A stretch of 64,000 nucleotides of DNA from the NCBI GenBank assembly GCA_963704885.1, contig CAVPIB010000004.1, forward strand, positions 96,001 through 160,000, in the 5' to 3' direction. Source of the DNA: an uncultured Actinomycetes bacterium (GTDB lineage: Bacteria; Actinomycetota; UBA4738; HRBIN12). A program made the position numbers and the translations under genes. Shown piece after piece: positions 9,305-18,012 of the stretch (its first letter is position 1; every line of letters starts with the position of its first letter). A model generated the notes under the pieces. The model made no database searches. It saw nothing but the letters and a program-made list of their open reading frames with translations, and was not told the DNA's origin.

Positions 9305-10252
9305 TGAGTGCTCGGGTCGCGGTCACCCGAGCGACGAGAGACGAGGTGATACGGGCGATCAGCGGCCGCCGGCACAACCCCAGAGAGACCGCGTTCAGCC
9401 TGCTCCTGTTCCTGGCGCTCGTGGTTGTCCTAGCGGTCCTGATCACTCTCCTCCTTCACGTCGCGCAGACCGCCATCCCGGTCATCGGCGATCGAGGGGT
9501 GACGCTCTTCCAGAACGGATACTCGTCGCTTCCGGCCAAGGCCGGGCTCAAGCAAGGGCTGATCGGCTCGCTTTACCTGATGGCCTTCGTGGTGGTCGCT
9601 GGCGGTCCCGCTCGGCGTCGGGGCGGCGATCTACATGGAGGAGTACGCACGGAACACACGTCTCACGCGGTTCATCAACGCGAGCATCCGCAACCTGGCG
9701 GGCGTTCCAGCCATCGTCTACGGGATCTTGGGGCTCGCGCTCTTCGTCCAGCTCCTGAAACCGCTGACGGGACCGGGACCCGTTGAGGGCAAGAGCCTGC
9801 TGGCGGGTGGACTAACGATCTCCCTGATGGTTCTCCCCATCATCATCATCACCACACAGGAGGCCCTCCGCGCAGTACCCCTCAGTATCCGGGAGGCCGG
9901 CTTCGGCGTGGGCGCGACCCGGTGGGAGGTCATCCGCAGCCACGTTCTCCCGAACGCAGCACCAGGCATCCTCACCGGGTCGGTGCTCGCTATGGCTCGC
10001 GCGCTAGGGGAGACAGCGCCTTTGATCATGGTGGGCGCAGCGACGGGATTCCTGGCCACCAGCGGAGGCGTGCTGGCATCGCTGCAACAGGCCTTCACCG
10101 CGCTCCCGACGTTGATCTTCTCGTACGTTCGGAAGCCGCAGCCTGAGTTCCAAGAACTAGCGGCTGCGGCCATCCTGGTCTTGATGACCCTGATCTTCCT
10201 GGTGAACCTGACCGCGATCCTGCTGAGGAACCGCTATGAACGAAGGTGGTGA
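9304..10252 (+). pseudogene. pstA: Phosphate ABC permease PstA with a single frameshift near 9598
   Basis: The first frame reads ...LYLMAFVVV. The +1 frame from 9599 continues LAVPLGVGAAIYMEEY...ARALGETAP...LRNRYERRW. Confidence 0.85.
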
Positions 10253-10268
10253 AAGGGTGGAGGCGCAG

Positions 10269-11090
10269 ATGATGGTCAAGGTGCCCGGCGAGACCGTCGC
10301 ACCTGACGAGGAACGTGAGGTCGTCTTCGATGTCCGGGACCTGTCCGTCTTCTACGGCGACTTCCGAGCCATCCGCGACGTCACGCTGCCGATCTTGCAG
10401 AACGAGATCACGGCGCTCATCGGTCCATCCGGCTGCGGTAAGACCACGTTCTTGCGCTGCTTGAACCGTATGAACGACCTGATCGACACGGCGCGGATCG
10501 AGGGGCAAGTCCTCTACCACGGCGTCGACCTCTACGGCGAAGCGGTGGATCCGGTCGAGGTGCGCCGAAGGATCGGCATGGTCTTCCAAAAGCCTAACCC
10601 GTTCCCCAAGTCCATCTACGACAACATCGCGTTCGGCCCGAGGATCGCGGGCATGAAAGGCGACCTGCGCGATCTGGTCGAGGAGTCCTTGCGTCGTGCG
10701 GCGCTCTGGGACGAGGTGAAGGACAAGCTGAAAGAGTCCGGGCTCGCGCTCTCAGGTGGGCAGCAGCAGCGTCTGTGCATCGCGCGAGCGATCGCCACCC
10801 GGCCTGACGTGATCTTGATGGATGAGCCCTGCTCGTCGCTGGACCCCATCGCCACGGCCAAGATCGAGGACCTGATGCAAGAGCTCGTCTCCGACTACAC
10901 CATCGTGATCGTGACCCACAACATGCAGCAAGCCGCACGGGTGAGCGACCGCACGGCGTTCTTCACGGTCGAGGTGACAGACTCTGGACAGCGGACGGGC
11001 AGGGTCGTGGAGTTCGACCGAACCGAGGCGATCTTCACCAACCCGACGGACCCACGGACGGAGGACTACGTGACAGGGCGGTCCGGATGA
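10269..11090 (+). CDS. pstB: Phosphate ABC transporter ATP-binding protein
   Basis: [39 protein letters not shown]; GGAGG RBS before ATG 10269. Confidence 0.95.
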   Translation: MMVKVPGETVAPDEEREVVFDVRDLSVFYGDFRAIRDVTLPILQNEITALIGPSGCGKTTFLRCLNRMNDLIDTARIEGQVLYHGVDLYGEAVDPVEVRRRIGMVFQKPNPFPKSIYDNIAFGPRIAGMKGDLRDLVEESLRRAALWDEVKDKLKESGLALSGGQQQRLCIARAIATRPDVILMDEPCSSLDPIATAKIEDLMQELVSDYTIVIVTHNMQQAARVSDRTAFFTVEVTDSGQRTGRVVEFDRTEAIFTNPTDPRTEDYVTGRSG

Positions 11091-11764
11091 CAAGGGAGAG
11101 CTTCCACGAGTCTCTGGAGCGGATCGAGCTCGAGCTCCTCAGCATGGGGGAGCTGGCGGGGACTTCCGTTCGAGGAGCGGTCGATGCGATCGTCGAACGC
11201 GACGAGACCAAGGCCCAAGCCGTGATCGACGCCGACGATGCGATCGATGAGCTATACCTGCGGATCGACCAGGAGATCCTCCAACTGCTGGCGCTCCAGG
11301 CCCCGGTTGCGGCTGATCTTCGGCTGATCTCCGCCATGCTCCACAGTTGTCTACACCTGGAGCGGATCGGAGATCAGGCCGTGAACGTCGCCAAGCTGTA
11401 CATCGCCACCAGGGACGAGCCCGGGAGTCAGACCATGCGCCAGCAGCTCGCCGAGATGGGGGACGTGGTGGTACGGATGCTGAGGACCGCCATGGAGTCC
11501 TTCGCCCGACGCAACCTCGAGCTCTGCCTCACGCTTCCCACCATGGACGACCCAGTCGACCGACTGAATCGGAGTACACACCTCGAGGCGCTCAAGCTCG
11601 CTGATGATCCTCGCAGCCTCGATTGGGGACTCCACATGAACATGGCCGCCCGGGCGCTCGAGCGCGTCGGAGACAACGCCGTCGACATCGGGGAGCAGGT
11701 GAGTTTCCTTCTCACGGGCGAGTTCCGCGAGTTCACGGACGCCTCTCACCCAGCGGACGCTTAG
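11087..11764 (+). CDS. phoU: Phosphate signalling protein PhoU
   Basis: [16 protein letters not shown] and LERVGD repeats; follows pstB. Confidence 0.93.
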   Translation: MTRESFHESLERIELELLSMGELAGTSVRGAVDAIVERDETKAQAVIDADDAIDELYLRIDQEILQLLALQAPVAADLRLISAMLHSCLHLERIGDQAVNVAKLYIATRDEPGSQTMRQQLAEMGDVVVRMLRTAMESFARRNLELCLTLPTMDDPVDRLNRSTHLEALKLADDPRSLDWGLHMNMAARALERVGDNAVDIGEQVSFLLTGEFREFTDASHPADA

Positions 11765-11768
11765 GTCG

Positions 11769-12467
11769 ATGGACGCCGACGCCCGACCCAGGATCCTGAT
11801 CGTCGAAGACGAGGAACCTCTGGCAGATTCCGTTCGATACAACCTAGAACGTGAAGGGTTCGCCGTGACGGTGGCCACCGATGGTCGTCAGGCGCTGGAG
11901 CGTTTCCGCGAGGAGTCGCCCTCGCTCGTGATCTTGGACCTGATGCTCCCGGAGGTATCGGGTCTGGATCTGTGCCGATCCATCCGCGCCGGATCCGACG
12001 TGCCGATCATCATGGTCACGGCGAAAGACTCCGAGGCCGACAAGGTGACCGGCCTGGAGCTCGGTGCCGATGACTACGTGACGAAGCCGTTCTCGGTGCG
12101 GGAGCTCGTGTCGCGGGTACGCGCGCTCCTGCGCCGCTCGCGGATGCAGTCGGACGCCCCACCGGAAGACGTCGTGGCCGGAGGGCCGGTTCAGTTGGAC
12201 GTGGTCAGGCACGAGGTGCGGGTGTCAGGGGAGGCCGTCGCCTTCCCCCCGAGAGAGTTCGAACTTCTCGAAGTCTTCCTCCGCAGGAGAGGGCGCCTGC
12301 TCACTCGGGACTTCCTGATCGAACAGGTCTGGGGAGCGGACTATTTCGGTGACACCAAGACCCTCGACGTTCACGTGAAACGCCTCCGCAAGAAGATCGA
12401 GACGGACCCCCATAACCCGGTACACCTGGTGACGGTGAGGGGGCTCGGCTACAAGTTCGTCGACTAG
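11769..12467 (+). CDS. regX3: OmpR-family response regulator (RegX3/PhoP-like)
   Basis: VEDE, LDLMLP, LELGADDYVTKPFS, VWGADY.GDTKTLDVHVKRLR. Confidence 0.85.
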   Translation: MDADARPRILIVEDEEPLADSVRYNLEREGFAVTVATDGRQALERFREESPSLVILDLMLPEVSGLDLCRSIRAGSDVPIIMVTAKDSEADKVTGLELGADDYVTKPFSVRELVSRVRALLRRSRMQSDAPPEDVVAGGPVQLDVVRHEVRVSGEAVAFPPREFELLEVFLRRRGRLLTRDFLIEQVWGADYFGDTKTLDVHVKRLRKKIETDPHNPVHLVTVRGLGYKFVD

Positions 12468-12511
12468 GTCAACGGTGGACGCGGTGGGTGACCCGCGAGT
12501 AGCGTGCAGCT

Positions 12512-13129
12512 GTGGCGTTCCAGGTGATCCCGCGGCAACGAGCGTTCTACGACCTCCTCGAGCAGGTCGCCGACACGGTCGCGGCCGGTGCTAGGGAGTT
12601 CGCGGGACTCGTTGAGTCGTTGGAGGATCCCGCCGGCCATCACCGTCGCATCCGTGATCTTGAGCACGAGGGCGACGAACTCACCCATCGCATCGTTGAG
12701 ACCCTCAGTCTCACGTTCGTCACGCCCTTCGACCGTCAGGACATCCACCGGTTGGCGTCGAATCTGGATGACGTCCTGGACTCGATCGAAGCGGTGTCGG
12801 ATCTGCTGGTCCTACATCGGGTCGAGACGCCGCTGCCAGCGATCCGCCAGCAGTCCGATGTTCTCGTCAAGATCACCCACGCCGTCTCGACGGAGGTTCG
12901 CCATCTCCGCTCGCTGTCCGCCATCGAGCGTGACTGGGCCACGATCAACCGACTGGAACGAGAAGGAGACCGTATCTACCGAAGGGCTACGGCCGAGCTG
13001 TTCTCAGGCGAGCACCCCGCCATAGAAGTCCTGAAGTGGAAGGACATCTTGGACCAGATCGAGGACGCGATCGACCGGTGCCAGAGCATCTCGAACACGA
13101 TCGAGTCGATCGCGCTGAAGTACGCGTAG
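12512..13129 (+). CDS. DUF47 (PhoU-like Pit accessory) protein, copy 1
   Basis: EHEGD, TFVTPFDRQDI, EREGD and LKWKD motifs. Confidence 0.88.
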   Translation: MAFQVIPRQRAFYDLLEQVADTVAAGAREFAGLVESLEDPAGHHRRIRDLEHEGDELTHRIVETLSLTFVTPFDRQDIHRLASNLDDVLDSIEAVSDLLVLHRVETPLPAIRQQSDVLVKITHAVSTEVRHLRSLSAIERDWATINRLEREGDRIYRRATAELFSGEHPAIEVLKWKDILDQIEDAIDRCQSISNTIESIALKYA

Positions 13130-13145
13130 TCTGAGACGGACTAGT

Positions 13146-13370
13146 TCAATCGGCCGCGGGTGGGTCCGCGGAGGGAAGCTCCTCTGCCGGGATATCCACG
13201 GGAAGGCGCCGACCCAGCAGATCCTCGATCCCTAGCAACGTGGCCCAGAAGAGCGCAAGACCCGCCATGGTCAGGTTGAGCCAACGGAACTCCGGTGGTG
13301 TCGGGGGGATCATGAGCAGGAAGATCGCCGAGACCGCGAGGAAGAACAGCGCGCGACGGGAGACCATCAT
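13146..13370 (-). CDS. Small two-helix membrane protein (74 aa)
   Basis: ATG overlaps the pit stop codon; two hydrophobic segments flank PPTPPEFRW. Confidence 0.6.
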   Translation of the reverse strand: MMVSRRALFFLAVSAIFLLMIPPTPPEFRWLNLTMAGLALFWATLLGIEDLLGRRLPVDIPAEELPSADPPAAD

Positions 13371-14359
13371 CTGAGCTCCAAGAGCAGCAGCGAGATGAAG
13401 TAGGCCACGACGAACGCCCCGGGTATGGTGAGTACCCAAGCCCATACGACCCGGCTCGCCACGCCCCATCGCACGGCGGACAGGCGCTGGGTGGTGCCCA
13501 CCCCGACGATCGCTCCGGTGATCGTATGCGTCGTGGACACGGGGATCCCCGCGCTTGCAGTGAAGAAGAGCGTGGCCGCCGCTGCCGTCTCGGCGCTCAT
13601 CCCGCCGACCGGCGTTAGTTTGGTGATCTTCGAACCCATGGTGTGCACGATCCTCCACCCGCCGAAGAGGGTCCCCAGACCGATCGCCGTGTGCGCCGAC
13701 AGCACCACCCACAGCGGGACGCTCGCGTCAGACGGCAACTGTCCGTTGGCGATCAGGAGCGCCAGGATCACCCCCATGGTCTTCTGAGCGTCGTTCGCAC
13801 CGTGGCCCAGGCTGAATGCGGCCGCTGATACCAGCTGCATCCTGCGGAACCCGCGGTTCAGGCGATCCACCGCGGTCTTGCGGTGGAACAGCCAGTACAC
13901 GCTGACCATGATCGTGAAGCCGAGCAGTAGACCGATCAGGGGCGACAGCACGATGAAGACCGCGATCTTCTGAAGCCCCGAGCCGATCAGGGCCGCCCAT
14001 CCACCGCTCGCCACGGCAGCGCCCGCCATGCCACCGACCAGCGCGTGCGAGGAGCTGGTTGGGAGCCCCGCGTACCACGTCAATACGTCCCAGACGATGG
14101 CACCCAAGAGCCCGGCGAAGATCACTTCATTGTTCAAGGCGGACTCATTCACTACGTCCTTCGCGATGGTGGCAGCCACCGCCGTTCCGAATATCAGGAA
14201 CGCAGCGAAGTTGAAGAATGCGGCCCACGCCACCGCCTTGCGAGGCGAGAGCACACGGGTCGACACCACGGTCGCTATCGAGTTCGCAGCGTCGTGGAAC
14301 CCGTTGAAGAAGTCGAAGGCCAGCGCGACGCCGATGATGAGTACTACGGTCAGGCTCAT
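13367..14359 (-). CDS. pit: Inorganic phosphate transporter, Pit family
   Basis: NGFHDAAN, GLPTSSSH, HGANDAQK, PVSTTH. Start moved to ATG 14359. Confidence 0.93.
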   Translation of the reverse strand: MSLTVVLIIGVALAFDFFNGFHDAANSIATVVSTRVLSPRKAVAWAAFFNFAAFLIFGTAVAATIAKDVVNESALNNEVIFAGLLGAIVWDVLTWYAGLPTSSSHALVGGMAGAAVASGGWAALIGSGLQKIAVFIVLSPLIGLLLGFTIMVSVYWLFHRKTAVDRLNRGFRRMQLVSAAAFSLGHGANDAQKTMGVILALLIANGQLPSDASVPLWVVLSAHTAIGLGTLFGGWRIVHTMGSKITKLTPVGGMSAETAAAATLFFTASAGIPVSTTHTITGAIVGVGTTQRLSAVRWGVASRVVWAWVLTIPGAFVVAYFISLLLLELR

Positions 14360-14364
14360 AGCCT

Positions 14365-14988
14365 CTACGCGTGCTTCAGCACGGTGGACTCGATGATATT
14401 GGCCACGTTCTCGAGCCCGTCGAGAGCCTCCTCGAGATTCTCGATGACTTCCTTCCACTTGAGGACATCCATGGCGCGGTGCTCGCCCGAGAACAGATCG
14501 GCGATCGCTCGCCGGTACAGCCGGTCGCCCTCGTTCTCAAGACGGTTGATCTCGATCCAATAGGGCTCGAGCTGTTCGCGCTTCATCTTCGGCAACTCCG
14601 CGAGCGCCTTCTCGGCTTGGCCCGCAGCCAGCACCAGCACGTCGATCTGGGCCTTCATCTCCGGGAGGGGAGACTCGATGCGGTGGAGGACGAATAGATC
14701 GGCCACCGCCTCGATGGCGTCCATCACGTCGTCCAGCGCAGTGGCCAGTTGGTAGATGTCCTCTCGATCCATCGGCGTTACGAACGTGGTGTTCAGGAGG
14801 CGGATGATCGCGTGCGTCACCTCGTCGCCCTCGTGCTCGCGGTCCGCGATCCGCTGGGCCTTGAGGTCCACGTCGCGAAAATCGCCGATCAGATCCTGGA
14901 GGAGCTCGGCGGCTATCCGGAGGTTCTCGGCAGACTCCGAGAAGAGACCGAAGAACGCGTCGGGGCGATTGGATATCTTCAGCTTCAT
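14365..14988 (-). CDS. DUF47 (Pit accessory) protein, copy 2
   Basis: EHEGD, TFVTPMDREDI, ENEGD, LKWKE; usual position upstream of pit. Confidence 0.9.
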   Translation of the reverse strand: MKLKISNRPDAFFGLFSESAENLRIAAELLQDLIGDFRDVDLKAQRIADREHEGDEVTHAIIRLLNTTFVTPMDREDIYQLATALDDVMDAIEAVADLFVLHRIESPLPEMKAQIDVLVLAAGQAEKALAELPKMKREQLEPYWIEINRLENEGDRLYRRAIADLFSGEHRAMDVLKWKEVIENLEEALDGLENVANIIESTVLKHA

Positions 14989-15040
14989 CCGGCGCTCCTC
15001 GTCTCATGCGGCCCAGCCCGTGCGGCCATCAGGGTAGCGG

Positions 15041-15068
15041 GTTCACCCTTCGTTCACCTACCGTTCGG
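15041..15068 (+). promoter_or_regulatory. Putative PHO box upstream of the DUF47-pit operon
   Basis: GTTCAC (15041), GTTCAC (15052) and GTTCGG (15063) at an exact 11-nt period. Confidence 0.72.
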
Positions 15069-15836
15069 TAGCGGACCCTTGGTCGAGGCCAGGCGCCCTA
15101 CTCCGCGGAAACCCAGTCGCTCGTACATCCTCACCACGGCCGTGTCGTCGGGATCGGCCACGAGGCAGACGTCGCGCGTGCCCGCGGCGAACGCCTCCTC
15201 AACCGCGCGTGCGGTCAGCGCCGATGCGTGCCCCTTCCCGCGTCCAACGGGGAAGGTCGCGACGTTGTCCACGTAGCCCACATGCTCCAGGACGACCAGC
15301 GCCGCCAGCGAGGTCAGGACGTCGTCTCGATCGCGAATCCCGAACCATCGCTTCCCGCAGGCCGCGGGCAGGAGCTCCTCGATCGATCTGAGCTGGAGCG
15401 CGACGTCCCGTTCGTTCCCGAACAGCTCCATCGATGCCTCTACCCTGTCCCACAGCTCGGGTCCGGGCTCGAGCTCCTGCACGATCGCGCTGGTCTCGGG
15501 GATCGGCGGACTCTCGGCGATCTGCATGATCAGGTCCCACGACAGCTCGTGCCCCAGGGTGGACAGTTCAGCCAGGAGTTCCGTGGTTTCTTCGGGATGG
15601 AAGACCACCGTATGGAACACCTCGGCGCCGGAGCGGCCTAGCGCCGGAACGAGGGCGGTGGCCACTTCGCCCAGTCGCAGGTCGGAGGCGGGCGCATCGA
15701 TCCGCGCGTAGTTCGCGTCCCACACCGTCGGGAACCTCGGGTCGGTGACGACCGCGCCCCACCACGTCGGCTCCACGAGGCCCAAGCACGCGTCGAGCGC
15801 ACACCAGAATCGATGGAAGTACTCCGGGGTGGGCAC
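15054..15836 (-). CDS. GNAT-family acetyltransferase
   Basis: C-terminal VAT.P..RGKG.A and YERLGF motifs. Confidence 0.82.
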   Translation of the reverse strand: MPTPEYFHRFWCALDACLGLVEPTWWGAVVTDPRFPTVWDANYARIDAPASDLRLGEVATALVPALGRSGAEVFHTVVFHPEETTELLAELSTLGHELSWDLIMQIAESPPIPETSAIVQELEPGPELWDRVEASMELFGNERDVALQLRSIEELLPAACGKRWFGIRDRDDVLTSLAALVVLEHVGYVDNVATFPVGRGKGHASALTARAVEEAFAAGTRDVCLVADPDDTAVVRMYERLGFRGVGRLASTKGPLPNGR

Positions 15837-15868
15837 GCGCGGAGATTACCGTGCGCTACGCTCGACCT

Positions 15869-16840
15869 GTGATCGACGGGAGGGTCTACGGGGGCGGTGA
15901 ACCCGAGGGCCATCGGTTCGGGCCGGGCTCCATGGAGACGCTCTCCGAGGGCGAGTGGTGCTGGTTCGACGTCGTCGACCCCACCCCGGACGATCTCTCG
16001 ACCCTACAGACCGAGTTGGGTCTGCATCCCCTGACCGTGGAAGACGCTCAGCATCAACAGCAGCGGCCGAGGGTCGAGCTCTTCGCGGATCATGCGTTCG
16101 TCGTGGTGCGTCCGCTGACGGTGGCTGCATCCGGTGACGTCGCTGAGGCCGAGATCCACGCCTTCGTATCTAACCGCTGGCTCGTCACCCTCCGGTTCGC
16201 GCCGGCCTACGATCTCGCCGCCGTGGTGCGACGGTGGGAGGCGAACGGAACGCTGGCGGGCGGCGGCACCGGGGTGGCGCTCTACATGCTGATCGACGAG
16301 GTTGCCGACGGCTACCTGAACCTGGTCGAAACCCTGGAGGACCGCGCCGATGATCTGGAAGACCGCGTCTTCGGCCGCGGGAGGATCGAGGGGGATCAGG
16401 GCGACCTGCAGACGCAGATCCTCCGGCTTCGCCGAGACGTCGTTCGCCTTCGGCGATCCGCGATGCCGCTTCGCCAAGCGATCGACACGCTGCACGATGA
16501 GCTGTGGTCCTTGAACCGGGAGTTGTTGCCTTACTACCGCGATGTGGCAGAGCACCTGCTTCGGTCGGTGGAGCTTGCCGACAACGTGCGCGACTCCCTG
16601 ACGACCATCCTGGAGGTTCGGACCGCACAGGCCGCGAACCAGTTGAACGAGGTGATGAAGAAGCTCACCGCCTGGGCGGGGATCATCTTGGTGCCGACGC
16701 TCATCGCCGGGATCTACGGGATGAACTTCGAGGGCATGCCCGAGCTCCATTGGTCGGTCGGCTACCCGTTGGCCTTGGGGATGATGGCGGTGTCGTCGAC
16801 CGCGCTGTACGTGGTGTTCAAGCGCAACGGGTGGCTCTAG
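15869..16840 (+). CDS. corA: CorA-family magnesium transporter
   Basis: LHPLTVED, NEVMKKLT, YGMNF..MPEL.W..GYP. Leaderless GTG at 15869 after TACGCT. Confidence 0.93.
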   Translation: MIDGRVYGGGEPEGHRFGPGSMETLSEGEWCWFDVVDPTPDDLSTLQTELGLHPLTVEDAQHQQQRPRVELFADHAFVVVRPLTVAASGDVAEAEIHAFVSNRWLVTLRFAPAYDLAAVVRRWEANGTLAGGGTGVALYMLIDEVADGYLNLVETLEDRADDLEDRVFGRGRIEGDQGDLQTQILRLRRDVVRLRRSAMPLRQAIDTLHDELWSLNRELLPYYRDVAEHLLRSVELADNVRDSLTTILEVRTAQAANQLNEVMKKLTAWAGIILVPTLIAGIYGMNFEGMPELHWSVGYPLALGMMAVSSTALYVVFKRNGWL

Positions 16841-16853
16841 TTCGGGGCAGCGC

Positions 16854-17183
16854 ATGTGTCGGGCGTTGAAGGTGCTGTGCGTCGCCGAGGACGACGACGC
16901 GTTGCGAGCCCTCAAGCGAGCGACCGTCTCCGTGGAGTGGGAGTTAGCCGGGGGAGCGACGAACGAGCCCGACGCGATCGGTCAGATCGACGCAGAGCGG
17001 CCACACGTGCTGGTGGTGTTCGGGCCTTTCGAACGGCTTACCGCCTTGGCCCGGGAAGGCTTCCCGGGCATGCGCATCGTCACCGACCGGGACACACCCG
17101 GGGCCACCGTGGTGGCCACCTCCCTGGAGGAGGTCCGGGGGCTCGTGAAAGGCATCCCCCGTCCGGGTGGGCCGGTCGGCTGA
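16854..17183 (+). CDS. Hypothetical protein, degenerate receiver-like domain
   Basis: KVLCVAEDD...ERPHVLVVF pattern resembles REC beta1-beta3, without the phosphoacceptor Asp. Confidence 0.55.
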   Translation: MCRALKVLCVAEDDDALRALKRATVSVEWELAGGATNEPDAIGQIDAERPHVLVVFGPFERLTALAREGFPGMRIVTDRDTPGATVVATSLEEVRGLVKGIPRPGGPVG

Positions 17184-17191
17184 GGTCTGGC

Positions 17192-17635
17192 TCAGGCGCT
17201 CCAGGGCCCCCATCCATCTTCGTGGACCATCCGCATGGTCACCATGATGTTCGCTCTTGCGTTGAAGGCCGACCAACCCTGGAACCCGAAATCAGCGGCT
17301 CTCCCGGGCCAGTAGCGCAGCATGTGCTGGTAGATGCCTGCGCAACCGGAGGAGTTGTAGGCGCTCGGATAGAAGTTCGATTCGCGATCCGCTATGTAGA
17401 GCGCAAGTCTGGCTCCTCCCGGAACCTTCCAGCGCTCTGCGGCGCAGCGGATCAGCTTTCTGACTTGGAAGGTGCCCTTGCGCCAGTCGTAATCGCAGAC
17501 CTTGGCGGGCACCTGTGCGTCTCGCCGGGCTCCTACGGTGGCCGCCTGCGATATCGAGGCGGGCACGACCGAAAGGATCGCGGCGATGGAGAGCGCTGCC
17601 ACCATGTGGCGGCGCATCTTCATGAGATATGTCAT
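17192..17635 (-). CDS. Secreted lytic-transglycosylase-like (SLT/Rpf-like) protein
   Basis: Signal peptide (MRRH + hydrophobic + SQA); IADRESNF (catalytic Glu-Ser), GIYQ, NIMV, GWGPW. Confidence 0.78.
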   Translation of the reverse strand: MTYLMKMRRHMVAALSIAAILSVVPASISQAATVGARRDAQVPAKVCDYDWRKGTFQVRKLIRCAAERWKVPGGARLALYIADRESNFYPSAYNSSGCAGIYQHMLRYWPGRAADFGFQGWSAFNARANIMVTMRMVHEDGWGPWSA

Positions 17636-17909
17636 AGCAGGATCCACCCCCGCGGTGGCCCAGAGCTGGCGGCTCCGTTCCTTGCGACCGGACGGCTACG
17701 GACTCCGCCGGAGCCGGTCGACCCGCGATAGGTCGTGGGTGCGCGCATCACCTCCTGTGGTCGATGGTCTCTGTGTGACCTATCGCCCACATCCGTCCGG
17801 TCGTCCCGGCTCCCCCAGCACGCGCGCATGCGCCAACCGCCCTGGGAAGGTGGAAGCGCACTCGTGTGCGGGGGGAAGGAACGGACGACCGTCCGTCGTG
17901 GACCTGCAA

Positions 17910-17939
17910 ACCCTAGACCAGACGTTCAGGATGTGACAA
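17910..17939 (-). promoter_or_regulatory. Housekeeping-sigma promoter for the transglycosylase leader
   Basis: TTGTCA-N18-TAGGGT on the minus strand. Confidence 0.6.
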
Positions 17940-18012
17940 CTCGGACCTGACCGCGAGTCACAACCCGAGGATCATGGATCGGGTCGTCGGAGGTCCGGCT
18001 ACCATGGGGGAC

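Noticed and set aside
17636-17960. ydaO (c-di-AMP) riboswitch or SRP RNA
   Set aside because: No GCYGAATC/GGGGGAACC-type ydaO motifs visible. TCAGGTCCG on the minus strand is not followed by the SRP GAAGGAAGCAG core.
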